Positions 10,382-18,930 are shown, numbered from the stretch's first letter. The stretch is DNA of 64,000 nucleotides from Obrimoposthia wandeli (GCA_977020255.1 CDROCS010000372.1:496001-560000), one strand, 5' to 3'. The notes: generated from the letters alone by a model not told the origin. A program made the numbers and translations.

Positions 10382-11101
10382 TTATAACAACGTTTTATTT
10401 TCTAAAGCATTTACAAATTTTCCTTTTGTTAACCATGCAATACTAAAAGCAACTAAAGCAATCACTTCTAAGTAAAAAAGCAAGTTCAAATCCCCTACTT
10501 TAGCTTCAATTTTAGCTTCAAATATTAAGAATAAGGCAATTGCAATTATAGCAAAAAGCATCATAAAACCACAAAAACGAATTAATGAGTTTTTAGTTTT
10601 CTCTTCTTCGTATTTTTCTGAACGTTTGTTATTTGTAAAAAGGAATAAACAAATATAAGTTAGCGTACCAAAAAAGAATAAAGCGCCAGTTGCATGAATC
10701 CATTGAGAAACATTAAAATTTCTGTTTCTTGTAACAATTTCTTTACAAGAATCTAAAGCGTCTAAATCTAAAGCTGTTGGAAAAAAAGCAACTAACAACA
10801 CAGAAAAGCCAGCAATTTTAAACGGAATTTTATCTTTTGGATATCCTTGATACGTAATAAAAAACAAACCTATTAAAACAATAAGTCCAACCAAAACATC
10901 TCTCATATACGTATGATAATAATGACTTATAGAATCTTGAACTTGAGAACAACCAAAAAATAAATTACCAACAATTAATAAAACAGGAATTGATAAACCT
11001 AAATATCCAATAATTTTCCGATGTTGGTTTTTTTCGATACTAAATTGTGAGAATTCTTTCATAATTTTAAATAATGAGGTTAAAATAAAAATAACATCCA
11101 T
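10382..11101 (-). CDS. DUF998-like membrane protein
   Basis: Multi-helix protein with SISHYYHT..RDVLVG, VAFFPT and WIHATGALFFF motifs. Confidence 0.65.
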   Translation of the reverse strand: MDVIFILTSLFKIMKEFSQFSIEKNQHRKIIGYLGLSIPVLLIVGNLFFGCSQVQDSISHYYHTYMRDVLVGLIVLIGLFFITYQGYPKDKIPFKIAGFSVLLVAFFPTALDLDALDSCKEIVTRNRNFNVSQWIHATGALFFFGTLTYICLFLFTNNKRSEKYEEEKTKNSLIRFCGFMMLFAIIAIALFLIFEAKIEAKVGDLNLLFYLEVIALVAFSIAWLTKGKFVNALENKTLL

Positions 11102-11150
11102 AAAACTAATGATTTATCTAATACAAAAACTAACTACAAATAAGTAAATT

Positions 11151-11221
11151 ACAATTCATCAATAAAAAAGTACAATTCAGTAATTCATTTTTCAATAATG
11201 CTTACAACTATCTGATATTTG
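11151..11221 (+). promoter_or_regulatory. LytTR-type direct repeats plus weak -7 box (hydrolase promoter)
   Basis: ACAATTCAT at 11151, ACAATTCAG at 11172; GATATTTG with TTTG at 11218. Confidence 0.6.
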
Positions 11222-11242
11222 CTTTAAATTAAAAAACATACA

Positions 11243-12046
11243 ATGAAAACCTTAAAAATTACCATAATATTTTTAGCAATTTTTCAATTGACAAATGCAC
11301 AATTCGAAGAAAAATTTTATTTTCCAAAAAAAGAATGGAAAGAAGTTAAAATTCCTTTTTCAGAAGAATTTATTCCTGTAGAAAAAGACACTCTACATAC
11401 TGCTTTTTTTCAACCTAAAACTTCTCCAAAAGCAACAATTCTATTTTTCCATGGAGCTGGTGGAAATATCTCTACTTATATGTATATGATAAAAACTATG
11501 GTAGAAAACGAATATCAAGTTTATGCGGTAGATTTTAGAGGTTATGGTAAATCTACAGGGAAACCAACACATTTAAATGTAGCAAAAGATGTCGAGCTAG
11601 TTTATGCTCAAATGAAAAAGAACAAAGCTATAAAAAATACAAAGTTAATTGTTTACGGAGCTTCATTGGGTTGTCAAATTGCAACAAATTTCACAAATCT
11701 ACATCAAAAAGAAGTAGATGGTTTGGTTTTAGATGGTGGCTTTGCTTCTTTTGCAGATGTAGCCAAATTATATGCTCCAAAAGAAGTACATATATATCTT
11801 GAGAATGCATTAGGAAAAATATATCCTTCAAAAGAAGAAATTAAAGAAATCAAAAATGTACCAAAACTAATTATTCATGGAAAAAAAGATGCATCAATTC
11901 CAATAAAGCATTCTGAAATAGTATTCAAAAACGCACAAGAACCAAAAGAATTCTTTGTTTCTGAAAAAGATCATTTAGAAGCATTAACATTAGAAACTGA
12001 TTCAGTTTTTAAACAAATTGACAAGCTTTTAACAGTTCAGCAATAA
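11243..12046 (+). CDS. Secreted alpha/beta hydrolase
   Basis: Signal peptide; FFHGAGGN, DFRGYG, GASLG nucleophile elbow, IHGKKD, terminal His region. Confidence 0.9.
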   Translation: MKTLKITIIFLAIFQLTNAQFEEKFYFPKKEWKEVKIPFSEEFIPVEKDTLHTAFFQPKTSPKATILFFHGAGGNISTYMYMIKTMVENEYQVYAVDFRGYGKSTGKPTHLNVAKDVELVYAQMKKNKAIKNTKLIVYGASLGCQIATNFTNLHQKEVDGLVLDGGFASFADVAKLYAPKEVHIYLENALGKIYPSKEEIKEIKNVPKLIIHGKKDASIPIKHSEIVFKNAQEPKEFFVSEKDHLEALTLETDSVFKQIDKLLTVQQ

Positions 12047-12102
12047 AAAGTTACAATTCGGTATGTTTCTTGTTTAAAGTTGAGAGAAACATCAGATATT
12101 TA
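12032..12102 (+). promoter_or_regulatory. LytTR-type direct repeats plus weak -7 box (DUF2141 promoter)
   Basis: ACAGTTCAG at 12032, ACAATTCGG at 12053; GATATTTA with TTTA at 12099. Confidence 0.6.
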
Positions 12103-12131
12103 CATCATCAATAAAACATAAAACAACAATC

Positions 12132-12551
12132 ATGAAAAAAATACTTTTAATATTCGCTTTCGTTTTTAGTGGAATTCTAACTACAAACGCACAAGAAGAA
12201 ACATTTAATTTAACTGTAAACATTGCCGGTTTAAATTCTAATAAAGGAACGTTATTGGTTGGGCTTTACAACAAAAAAGAAAGCTTCTTAAACAAACAAT
12301 TTAAAGGTGATGTTGTTAAAATTATAGATAAAAAATCTGTAGTTATTTTTAAAAATTTGCCAAAAGGAGAATATGCAGTTTCTTTTGTACATGATGAAAA
12401 TAACAACAATAAAATGGATACTAATTTCTTCGGAATACCAAAAGAAGATTATGGTTGTTCTAACAATGCAAGAGGTTTTATGGGACCTCCAAAATACGAT
12501 GATGCAAAATTTCAATTAGAATCAAACAAAACAATAGATATTAAAATATAA
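12132..12551 (+). CDS. DUF2141 domain protein
   Basis: GEYAVSFVHDENNN.KMDTNFFGIPKEDYGCSNN..GFMGPP signature; signal peptide. Confidence 0.9.
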   Translation: MKKILLIFAFVFSGILTTNAQEETFNLTVNIAGLNSNKGTLLVGLYNKKESFLNKQFKGDVVKIIDKKSVVIFKNLPKGEYAVSFVHDENNNNKMDTNFFGIPKEDYGCSNNARGFMGPPKYDDAKFQLESNKTIDIKI

Positions 12552-12552
12552 T

Positions 12553-13182
12553 ATGAAAGCTAAAAAAACACTTTATTATTTATTAGCTATTTCAGCTGTC
12601 GCGATTGGTTTATACCCGGCAATTTACTTTACTATAGATAGAAAATTCGGTTTACTAGCAAGCAAATCAGAAATACTTTTAGCAGACACACTTTGGAACA
12701 CAATGTTCTATACACATATTATTTTAGGTGGAATTACTTTATTAATAGGTTGGATTCAATTCAATAAAAAGTTTAGAAATAAGAATTTAGAGTTGCACAA
12801 AAAAATAGGAAAAATATATGTTTTGTGTTGCTTGTTAAGTGGAATTGCAGGTTTCTATATAGCATTACATGCAACAGGAGGAATTAGTCCTAAATTAGGT
12901 TTTGCATGTATGGCAATCTTCTGGTTTTTCTCTACACTTTTTGCTTTCACAGCTATTAAAAACGGAAAAATTATCAAGCATCAAAAATTAATGATTTACA
13001 GTTATGCTGCCTGTTTTTCTGCAGTAACCTTAAGAATTTGGTTGCCAATTTTATCAGCAACTTTAGGCGGTTTTTTACCAGCTTATAGAATTGTAGCTTG
13101 GTTATCTTGGGTTCCAAACATTATAGTAGCCTATTTTATTATTAAATATCAATTTAAAAATCAACAACTTAAAACGAACTAA
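12553..13182 (+). CDS. DUF2306 membrane protein
   Basis: FYTHIILG, HKKIGKIYV, HQKLMIYSYA and AVTLRIWLP motifs. Confidence 0.85.
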   Translation: MKAKKTLYYLLAISAVAIGLYPAIYFTIDRKFGLLASKSEILLADTLWNTMFYTHIILGGITLLIGWIQFNKKFRNKNLELHKKIGKIYVLCCLLSGIAGFYIALHATGGISPKLGFACMAIFWFFSTLFAFTAIKNGKIIKHQKLMIYSYAACFSAVTLRIWLPILSATLGGFLPAYRIVAWLSWVPNIIVAYFIIKYQFKNQQLKTN

Positions 13183-13183
13183 A

Positions 13184-13807
13184 ATGAAAAAATCAATCTT
13201 AATTATCGCACTTTTATTTGCAGGAATTATAACTGCACAATCTAAATACCAAACAGGAATGCAAAAAGCTTTTGGACTTTGGGAAAATGGAAAAATGACT
13301 GAAGCGTCTCAAATGTTTGAGAGAATTTCTAAAGCAGAACCTACAAAATGGAAACCTGCATATTATGCCGCAACAGTAGAAATACTAGGAAGTTTCGGAA
13401 TGAAAGATGAAGCAAAACTGACAGAAAAATTAAACAAAGCACAAGAGTTTTTAAATACTGCAACCTCAAATTCAGTAAATAATCCAGAAATATTAATCAC
13501 ACAGGCATTATTAAACCTTGGTTATATTGCTTTTGACGGACAAAAATACGGAATGACATTGTCAGGAAAAAACAACCAATTATATGCGAAAGCACTGGCA
13601 ATTACACCAAATAACCCAAGAGTAATTTTAGGGTTTGCAGAATGGAATATGGGTGCTGCTAAATTCTTTGGGAAATCTACAAAACCTTATTGTGATGAAA
13701 TTAAGCGCGCTATTAAATTAGGAAAAGAAGAAAAAATTGAAGAGGAATTTTATCCAAAATTTATGGAATCTAGAGCTTTAGAAGTTTTAAAACAATGTGA
13801 GAAATAG
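13184..13807 (+). CDS. Secreted helical (TPR-like) hypothetical protein
   Basis: Signal peptide; PNNPR motif and helical repeats; type of protein usually found next to this class of TonB receptor. Confidence 0.7.
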   Translation: MKKSILIIALLFAGIITAQSKYQTGMQKAFGLWENGKMTEASQMFERISKAEPTKWKPAYYAATVEILGSFGMKDEAKLTEKLNKAQEFLNTATSNSVNNPEILITQALLNLGYIAFDGQKYGMTLSGKNNQLYAKALAITPNNPRVILGFAEWNMGAAKFFGKSTKPYCDEIKRAIKLGKEEKIEEEFYPKFMESRALEVLKQCEK

Positions 13808-13810
13808 TAT

Positions 13811-13857
13811 TCAGTTTTCAGTTGCAGTTTTCAGTTCTCACTGTTAACTGCTACTGA
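13811..13857. repeat. Low-complexity (T)CAGT/ACTG palindromic repeat
   Basis: TCAGTTTTCAGTTGCAGTTTTCAGT...ACTG; related tracts at 1..90 and about 15085..15120. Confidence 0.5.
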
Positions 13858-13871
13858 ATGTTTTCAAAACC

Positions 13872-13905
13872 TGTCATTTCGAACGAAGAATGAGGAGAAA
13901 TGACA
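13872..13905. repeat. TGTCATTTC...GAAATGACA REP-like hairpin
   Basis: 9-bp terminal inverted repeat 1 nt after the ACMSD stop; related to 23757..23863. Confidence 0.7.
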
Positions 13906-13906
13906 A

Positions 13907-14995
13907 CTATACTTTCAAAATCTTACTAATCAAATCTTCTTTCGTTTTTTCATCATCACCAAACAACCATTGTAGGGTATTATCTTCCCAAATTTGATCA
14001 TATTGTGTTTGATTAATAATATTTCGGTCTTTAGCCAAGTCTAAAATTTTACCAGGATAAGAAGATTGCTCATCACTTTCCATTTCGCCTAAAGGATATG
14101 GATCATCTAAACCCATTAAAACTTGATTGGAACCTTGTCTATCAATCATTAAATTTAATGAATCTGTATCATGTACAAGTGTATCAAAAAAGATATTTGG
14201 GTGCCCAACGGCTTTTCTAGGATGCGTTTTTCCTTCAAATAAATCTGGTCTTCCATCAAAACCTTGAATTCTTCTTCCTAAATTCATTTGCGCCAATTGA
14301 CCTCCGTGCGCAAAACAAGTTCTAATATTTTTAAAACGTTCTTGCATTCCGTTTAAGGTATAAAAATGATACGCATCGCCACATTGTGCTAGCATCCAAA
14401 TTAAATGAAAACGCCAGTTGGTGTTTTCTAATTTTATCATTTTATCTCCATCATAAGGATGAATTTCAATCGCTAATTTATATTTATCTGCTAGTTCAAA
14501 AATTCGATCATTTTCTTCATCAAAAACACAACGCCATTGCCCAATTGAATCCATAAAATGAGTTGGCAAACACAAAACTTTCAACCCTAATTCTTCTACA
14601 CAACGCTTCATTTCGTCTAGTGCGCCATAAATAAAACCTGGATGTACAACAAAACCACAGGTAAATTTACTAGGATGTTCTCTTTGTACTTTAGCGTTAA
14701 AATCATTCTGAAAACGCAACGCTTTTTTCATTTCTTCTAAACGCAAACCGTTTCCATATAATTGAGAAAGATTTAAAACAACAGCATGATCTATTTTGTT
14801 TTTTTCCATCCAAATTAACTTCTCATCAAGAAAAAAACTAGAATCAGTTACAGGTCGTTTCCATCCTTTTTGCAACATGTGTTTACGCTCATTATCTACC
14901 CAAAAGATTTCCTTTTCCCTCATAAAATCAGGAATTTCTTCTGGATAGGGTAATAAATGTGAATGTCCGTTTATGCGTAGTTTTCTTTTTGTCAT
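13907..14995 (-). CDS. Amidohydrolase, likely 2-amino-3-carboxymuconate-6-semialdehyde decarboxylase (ACMSD)
   Basis: N-terminal HSH, IHP, FAHGG and MGLDDPYPLGE motifs of ACMSD-like amidohydrolase_2; kynurenine cluster context. Confidence 0.8.
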   Translation of the reverse strand: MTKRKLRINGHSHLLPYPEEIPDFMREKEIFWVDNERKHMLQKGWKRPVTDSSFFLDEKLIWMEKNKIDHAVVLNLSQLYGNGLRLEEMKKALRFQNDFNAKVQREHPSKFTCGFVVHPGFIYGALDEMKRCVEELGLKVLCLPTHFMDSIGQWRCVFDEENDRIFELADKYKLAIEIHPYDGDKMIKLENTNWRFHLIWMLAQCGDAYHFYTLNGMQERFKNIRTCFAHGGQLAQMNLGRRIQGFDGRPDLFEGKTHPRKAVGHPNIFFDTLVHDTDSLNLMIDRQGSNQVLMGLDDPYPLGEMESDEQSSYPGKILDLAKDRNIINQTQYDQIWEDNTLQWLFGDDEKTKEDLISKILKV

Positions 14996-15000
14996 CTTTC

Positions 15001-15077
15001 TGTCATTCCTGCGTAGGCAGGAATCTATTTTTAATTTAACGATATAATTATGGATTCCTGTCTTTGCAGGAATGACA
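15001..15077. repeat. Dimeric GTCATTCCTGC...GCAGGAATC REP/MITE, copy 1
   Basis: TGTCATTCCTGCGTAGGCAGGAATC-spacer-GGATTCCTGTCTTTGCAGGAATGACA. Confidence 0.9.
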
Positions 15078-15110
15078 ATTTAGTTGTTTTTTGCTGTTTA
15101 CTGCAACTAA

Positions 15111-15644
15111 TTAACTGCTAACTTTATTCGGAGCTTCCATTACAGTACCACAATTGTCACAAGTACATTTCTTTTTATCTGAATAATATGTATCAAAAAT
15201 CACTGGCATATCAGTTTCAATATTATCTAACTTAAATTTCTTTCTGTACAATTGATTTCCACAATTTTCACAATACCATTCTAGAGCATCTTTCATCTTC
15301 TTTTTACGAGGATACTCAATTACCAAACCAACTGTATTCGCTTTTCTTTGCGGAGAATGTGGCACTTTTGCTGGCAATAAATAAATATCGCCTTCATTAA
15401 TTTCTACATCAATCATTTTGCCTTTATCATCTATAATTTTCAAAATCATGTCTCCTTCTACTTGGTAGAAAAATTCTGGAGTTTCATTATAATGATAATC
15501 TTTTCTATTATTTGGCCCACCAACAACCATCACAATATATTCACCATTATCCCAAACTTGCTTGTTCCCAACTGGTGGTTTTAATAAATGACGATTTTCA
15601 TCAATCCACTTTTTAAAATTTAAAGGTTGTACTAAATTGCTCAT
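15111..15644 (-). CDS. nbaC: 3-hydroxyanthranilate 3,4-dioxygenase
   Basis: LLKPPVGNK, GGPN.RKDYH, EFFYQ, PHSPQR motifs and the C-terminal rubredoxin-like CENC/CDNC pair. Confidence 0.95.
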   Translation of the reverse strand: MSNLVQPLNFKKWIDENRHLLKPPVGNKQVWDNGEYIVMVVGGPNNRKDYHYNETPEFFYQVEGDMILKIIDDKGKMIDVEINEGDIYLLPAKVPHSPQRKANTVGLVIEYPRKKKMKDALEWYCENCGNQLYRKKFKLDNIETDMPVIFDTYYSDKKKCTCDNCGTVMEAPNKVSS

Positions 15645-15659
15645 ATAGTTATTTTTTTG

Positions 15660-15777
15660 GCGTTCCCTAAAGGTCGGGCTTTTTGCTATATCTTTTTATT
15701 TGTTCTCGATACATTTTTCAAAAAAAAGAAAAATACTCGAACTGACATAAAAAGGATGTCGCTTCAATCCCTAACGC
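15660..15777. repeat. GCGTT...AACGC MITE-like element carrying an inner TCGAG element (15702..15747)
   Basis: Reverse complement of the elements at 32983 and 40866. Confidence 0.8.
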
Positions 15778-15791
15778 AAGATTCGTTAAAT

Positions 15792-16568
15792 TTATAAAGA
15801 TTTTGTTCTTCCACCATCAACAGGAACATTAATTCCGTTAATATAACTTGCTTGTTTACTTGTTAAAAATACAATTGCTGCAGCAACTTCTTCTGGTTTT
15901 GCAAAACGTTTTGCAGGCGAAGCACTTTTCATAGCTTCTGCAACTTCATCAAAAGACTTTCCTGTTTTGTCCGCTTTATTATTTATAATTTCATTTAAAC
16001 GCCCTGTTCCTGTTGCACCTGGTAAGACATTATTTACTGTAATTCCGAATTGACCGAGTTCATTTGCCAACGTTTTAGACCAACTTGCAACTGCGCCACG
16101 AATTGTATTCGAAACACCCAAACCATCTAAAGGTTGTTTTACAGAAGTAGAAATTACATTTACAATTCTACCAAAATCTTGCGTTTTCATAAACGGAACC
16201 AAGGCTTGTACCAAAACATGATTACATTTTAAATGTTGTGTAAAAGCACTTTCAAATTCTTCTATTTTAGCATTAAGTATTGGACCTCCTGCTGGACCTC
16301 CAGTATTATTTATCAAGATATGAAACTGCAAATCTGAAGCTTCCAAAACCGATTTCAATTCAGTTGGTTTTGAAAAATCTGCAATCAAATAATTATGCTT
16401 TTGATTTTTGTTTGGTAATTCTGCTAAAACAGTTTTCAATTTTGCTTCATTTCTAGCAATTAAAGTTACGTTTGCTCCTTCTTCTGCTAATAAAATTGCA
16501 GTTGCTTTTCCTATTCCTTGTGTGCTTCCACAAACTAATGCGTTTTTATTTTTTAAGTGTAATTCCAT
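15792..16568 (-). CDS. SDR family oxidoreductase, atypical (no YxxxK)
   Basis: CGSTQGIG Rossmann motif, NNTGG; SNTIR at the position of YxxxK. Confidence 0.85.
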   Translation of the reverse strand: MELHLKNKNALVCGSTQGIGKATAILLAEEGANVTLIARNEAKLKTVLAELPNKNQKHNYLIADFSKPTELKSVLEASDLQFHILINNTGGPAGGPILNAKIEEFESAFTQHLKCNHVLVQALVPFMKTQDFGRIVNVISTSVKQPLDGLGVSNTIRGAVASWSKTLANELGQFGITVNNVLPGATGTGRLNEIINNKADKTGKSFDEVAEAMKSASPAKRFAKPEEVAAAIVFLTSKQASYINGINVPVDGGRTKSL

Positions 16569-16573
16569 ATTTC

Positions 16574-16650
16574 TGTCATTCCTGCGAAGGCAGGAATCTA
16601 TTTTTATTTTGTTGTCTTGCTTATGGATTCCTGCCTGCGCAGGAATGACA
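16574..16650. repeat. Dimeric GTCATTCC REP/MITE, copy 2
   Basis: TGTCATTCCTGCGAAGGCAGGAATC...GGATTCCTGCCTGCGCAGGAATGACA. Confidence 0.9.
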
Positions 16651-16655
16651 ACATG

Positions 16656-16874
16656 TTATTTATTATCTAATACCATTTGTTTAATCTTAACAGCTTTTTC
16701 AAAGTGATCTAATTCGTGTATTTCTATCCACCACTTTGCGACTTCCATTAATATCTTTGGATTGTCATTTTTGTTTTTAAAAAACGCATAAAAAGACAAA
16801 CCTACATTTGTTCCCTTTTTTGCAATTTTTTCATCACAAACTTCAATTATTTTTTTTCTTATTTCTTTATTCAT
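16656..16874 (-). CDS. Small hypothetical protein (DUF6500-like)
   Basis: KKG.NVGLSFYAFF.NKND.P..LMEVA.WWI..H.LDHFEKA; ATG at 16874 preferred because the 16883 ATG lies inside a repeat. Confidence 0.7.
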   Translation of the reverse strand: MNKEIRKKIIEVCDEKIAKKGTNVGLSFYAFFKNKNDNPKILMEVAKWWIEIHELDHFEKAVKIKQMVLDNK

Positions 16875-16877
16875 TTC

Positions 16878-16956
16878 TGTCATTCCTGCATAGGCAGGAA
16901 TCTATTTTTAATTTTGTTTTATTTTTATTTGGATTCCTGCCTTCGCAGGAATGACA
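16878..16956. repeat. Dimeric GTCATTCC REP/MITE, copy 3
   Basis: TGTCATTCCTGCATAGGCAGGAATC...GGATTCCTGCCTTCGCAGGAATGACA. Confidence 0.9.
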
Positions 16957-16957
16957 A

Positions 16958-18397
16958 CTAATACTTTATACAAATATTTTTAGGTTCAGTAAAAAAACGT
17001 AATGCTTCAAAACCACCTTCACGTCCAACTCCACTTTCTTTTTGTCCACCAAAAGGTGTTCGTAAATCCCTAATCATCCATGTATTAACCCAAACAATTC
17101 CGCTATGTAATTGTTTAGAAAATTGCATAGTTCTATTTAGGTTGTTTGTCCATAAGGTAGCTGATAATCCGTATTTTACGTCATTTGCTAATTGCAATGC
17201 TTCTTCATCCGTTTTAAAAGGCATAATAGTTACAACAGGTCCAAAAATTTCTTCTTGATTCAATCTGCATTGATTGCTTTCTACTTCTATAATTGTTGGT
17301 TGTAAATAATAACCATTTTCACTTCCTTTTACCTCAACTTTATTTCCGCCGAAAAGGATTTTTCCGCCTTCATCTTCTGCAATATCAATATAACTTTTTA
17401 CTTTCTCTAAATGTTGTTTTGAAACTAATGCTCCTATATTTGTGTCACTTTTAGCTGGATTCCCAACTTTTAATTGAGATACTTTTTCAGCAAAATCTTT
17501 CTTAAATTTATCATAGATTTTTTCTTCTACAAAAATTCTACTTCCGCATAAACAAATTTGACCTTGATTTGCAAACGAAGAGCGAACCGTAGTTTCTAAC
17601 ATTTTATCATAATCGCAATCTGCAAAAATGATATTCGGATTTTTACCTCCTAATTCCAACGATAATTTCTTAAACATTGGTGCAGCAACTCGCGCAATAT
17701 GCGCGCCTGTTGTTGTTCCTCCTGTAAAAGATATTGCTTTAATCTTTTTATGTTCAACAATTGCTTGTCCTGTTGATGTTCCTAATCCGTGAACAATATT
17801 CAACACTCCTTTTGGAAGGCCAGCTTCTGTACAAATCTCGCCTAATAAATAGGCTGTCATTGGTGTAACTTCACTTGGTTTTGCAATAACGCAATTTCCT
17901 GCGGCGATTGCTGGAGCAATTTTCCATGTGAATAAATACAACGGTAAATTCCACGGAGAAATACAACCCACAACACCAATTGGTTGACGCAATGTAAAAT
18001 TAACAGCATTTAAACCAACACTTTCATGTGCTTCTGATGAAAACTGTGTAATTGCATTTGCAAAAAATTGAAAGTTTGCTGCTGCTCTTGGAATATCTAT
18101 TTGCGTTGCTAAACTTACCGGTTTTCCGTTGTCTTTACTTTCTGCTTCTGCTAAAAAAGTTAATTTTTCTTTTATTAAATCTGCAATTTTAGACAAGATT
18201 TTACTTCTTTCTTCTAAAGTTGTGTTAGACCATTTTGGAAAAGCTTTTTCTGCAGCTTCAACTGCTTTTTCTACATCTTCTTTTGTTGAGTTTGGTATTT
18301 GTCCGTAAACTTCTCCTTTTGATGGATTGTAATTATCTATGTAATTACCCAAAATTGGATTTACAAATTCGCCGTTGATGTAGTTTTGAATTTTCAT
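16958..18397 (-). CDS. Aldehyde dehydrogenase, likely 2-aminomuconate-6-semialdehyde dehydrogenase
   Basis: ISPWNLPL, FTGGT, LELGGKNP, GQICLC and EEIFGP motifs; cluster context. Confidence 0.85.
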   Translation of the reverse strand: MKIQNYINGEFVNPILGNYIDNYNPSKGEVYGQIPNSTKEDVEKAVEAAEKAFPKWSNTTLEERSKILSKIADLIKEKLTFLAEAESKDNGKPVSLATQIDIPRAAANFQFFANAITQFSSEAHESVGLNAVNFTLRQPIGVVGCISPWNLPLYLFTWKIAPAIAAGNCVIAKPSEVTPMTAYLLGEICTEAGLPKGVLNIVHGLGTSTGQAIVEHKKIKAISFTGGTTTGAHIARVAAPMFKKLSLELGGKNPNIIFADCDYDKMLETTVRSSFANQGQICLCGSRIFVEEKIYDKFKKDFAEKVSQLKVGNPAKSDTNIGALVSKQHLEKVKSYIDIAEDEGGKILFGGNKVEVKGSENGYYLQPTIIEVESNQCRLNQEEIFGPVVTIMPFKTDEEALQLANDVKYGLSATLWTNNLNRTMQFSKQLHSGIVWVNTWMIRDLRTPFGGQKESGVGREGGFEALRFFTEPKNICIKY

Positions 18398-18411
18398 CTA
18401 TTATTTATAAA

Positions 18412-18444
18412 AGACCTCACAGGTTTTTAAAACCTGTGAGGTCT
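18412..18444. repeat. Perfect 16-bp inverted repeat, REP-like
   Basis: AGACCTCACAGGTTTT-T-AAAACCTGTGAGGTCT. Confidence 0.8.
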
Positions 18445-18447
18445 AAA

Positions 18448-18846
18448 TTATTTCTTTTTATAAGCCGTAACCTTAATCTCTACCACCAAATCTGGATGTG
18501 GTAATTGATGCACAGCAACGGTTGTTCTTGTTGGTCCGGTTTCTTTGTCAAAAAATTCTGCGTATGCTTTATTATAACCTGCAAAATCGTTCATGTTTAC
18601 TAAAAAAGTAGAAACATCTACAACGTCTTTTATACTTGCACCAACAGTTTTTAAATTTTTATCGATGTTTTTTAAAACTTCTCTTGTTTGTGTTTCTACG
18701 TTAAGATATTTTGTTCCCATTTCGTCAATAATATCAACTCCTGCAATGGTATTGTCTGCTCTTCTAGAACTTGTTCCTGACACAAAAATAAAATCTCCCA
18801 CAACTTTTACGTGTGGATATGCGCCTCTTGGTGTTACTTCACTCAT
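18448..18846 (-). CDS. RidA family protein, likely 2-aminomuconate deaminase
   Basis: PRGAYPH, FVSG, N..YAEFF, PTRTTV (conserved Arg) and VEIK motifs; context. Confidence 0.8.
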   Translation of the reverse strand: MSEVTPRGAYPHVKVVGDFIFVSGTSSRRADNTIAGVDIIDEMGTKYLNVETQTREVLKNIDKNLKTVGASIKDVVDVSTFLVNMNDFAGYNKAYAEFFDKETGPTRTTVAVHQLPHPDLVVEIKVTAYKKK

Positions 18847-18855
18847 AATATAAAA

Positions 18856-18886
18856 CCCATCCTAACCTTCCTAAAAGGAAGGAACT
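18856..18886 (+). repeat. CC(T/C)A(T/C)CC-AACC-hairpin palindromic element, solo copy
   Basis: CCCATCCTAACCTTCCTAAAAGGAAGGAACT. Confidence 0.75.
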
Positions 18887-18930
18887 CCAAACTGGGTGGA
18901 ATTTGAAATTCTTTATTAATTTTCTTTTTT

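Noticed and set aside
16408-16707. 99-aa ORF containing WIPACAGMT
   Set aside because: This peptide is the translation of the GTCATTCC repeat; the ORF is antisense to two real genes
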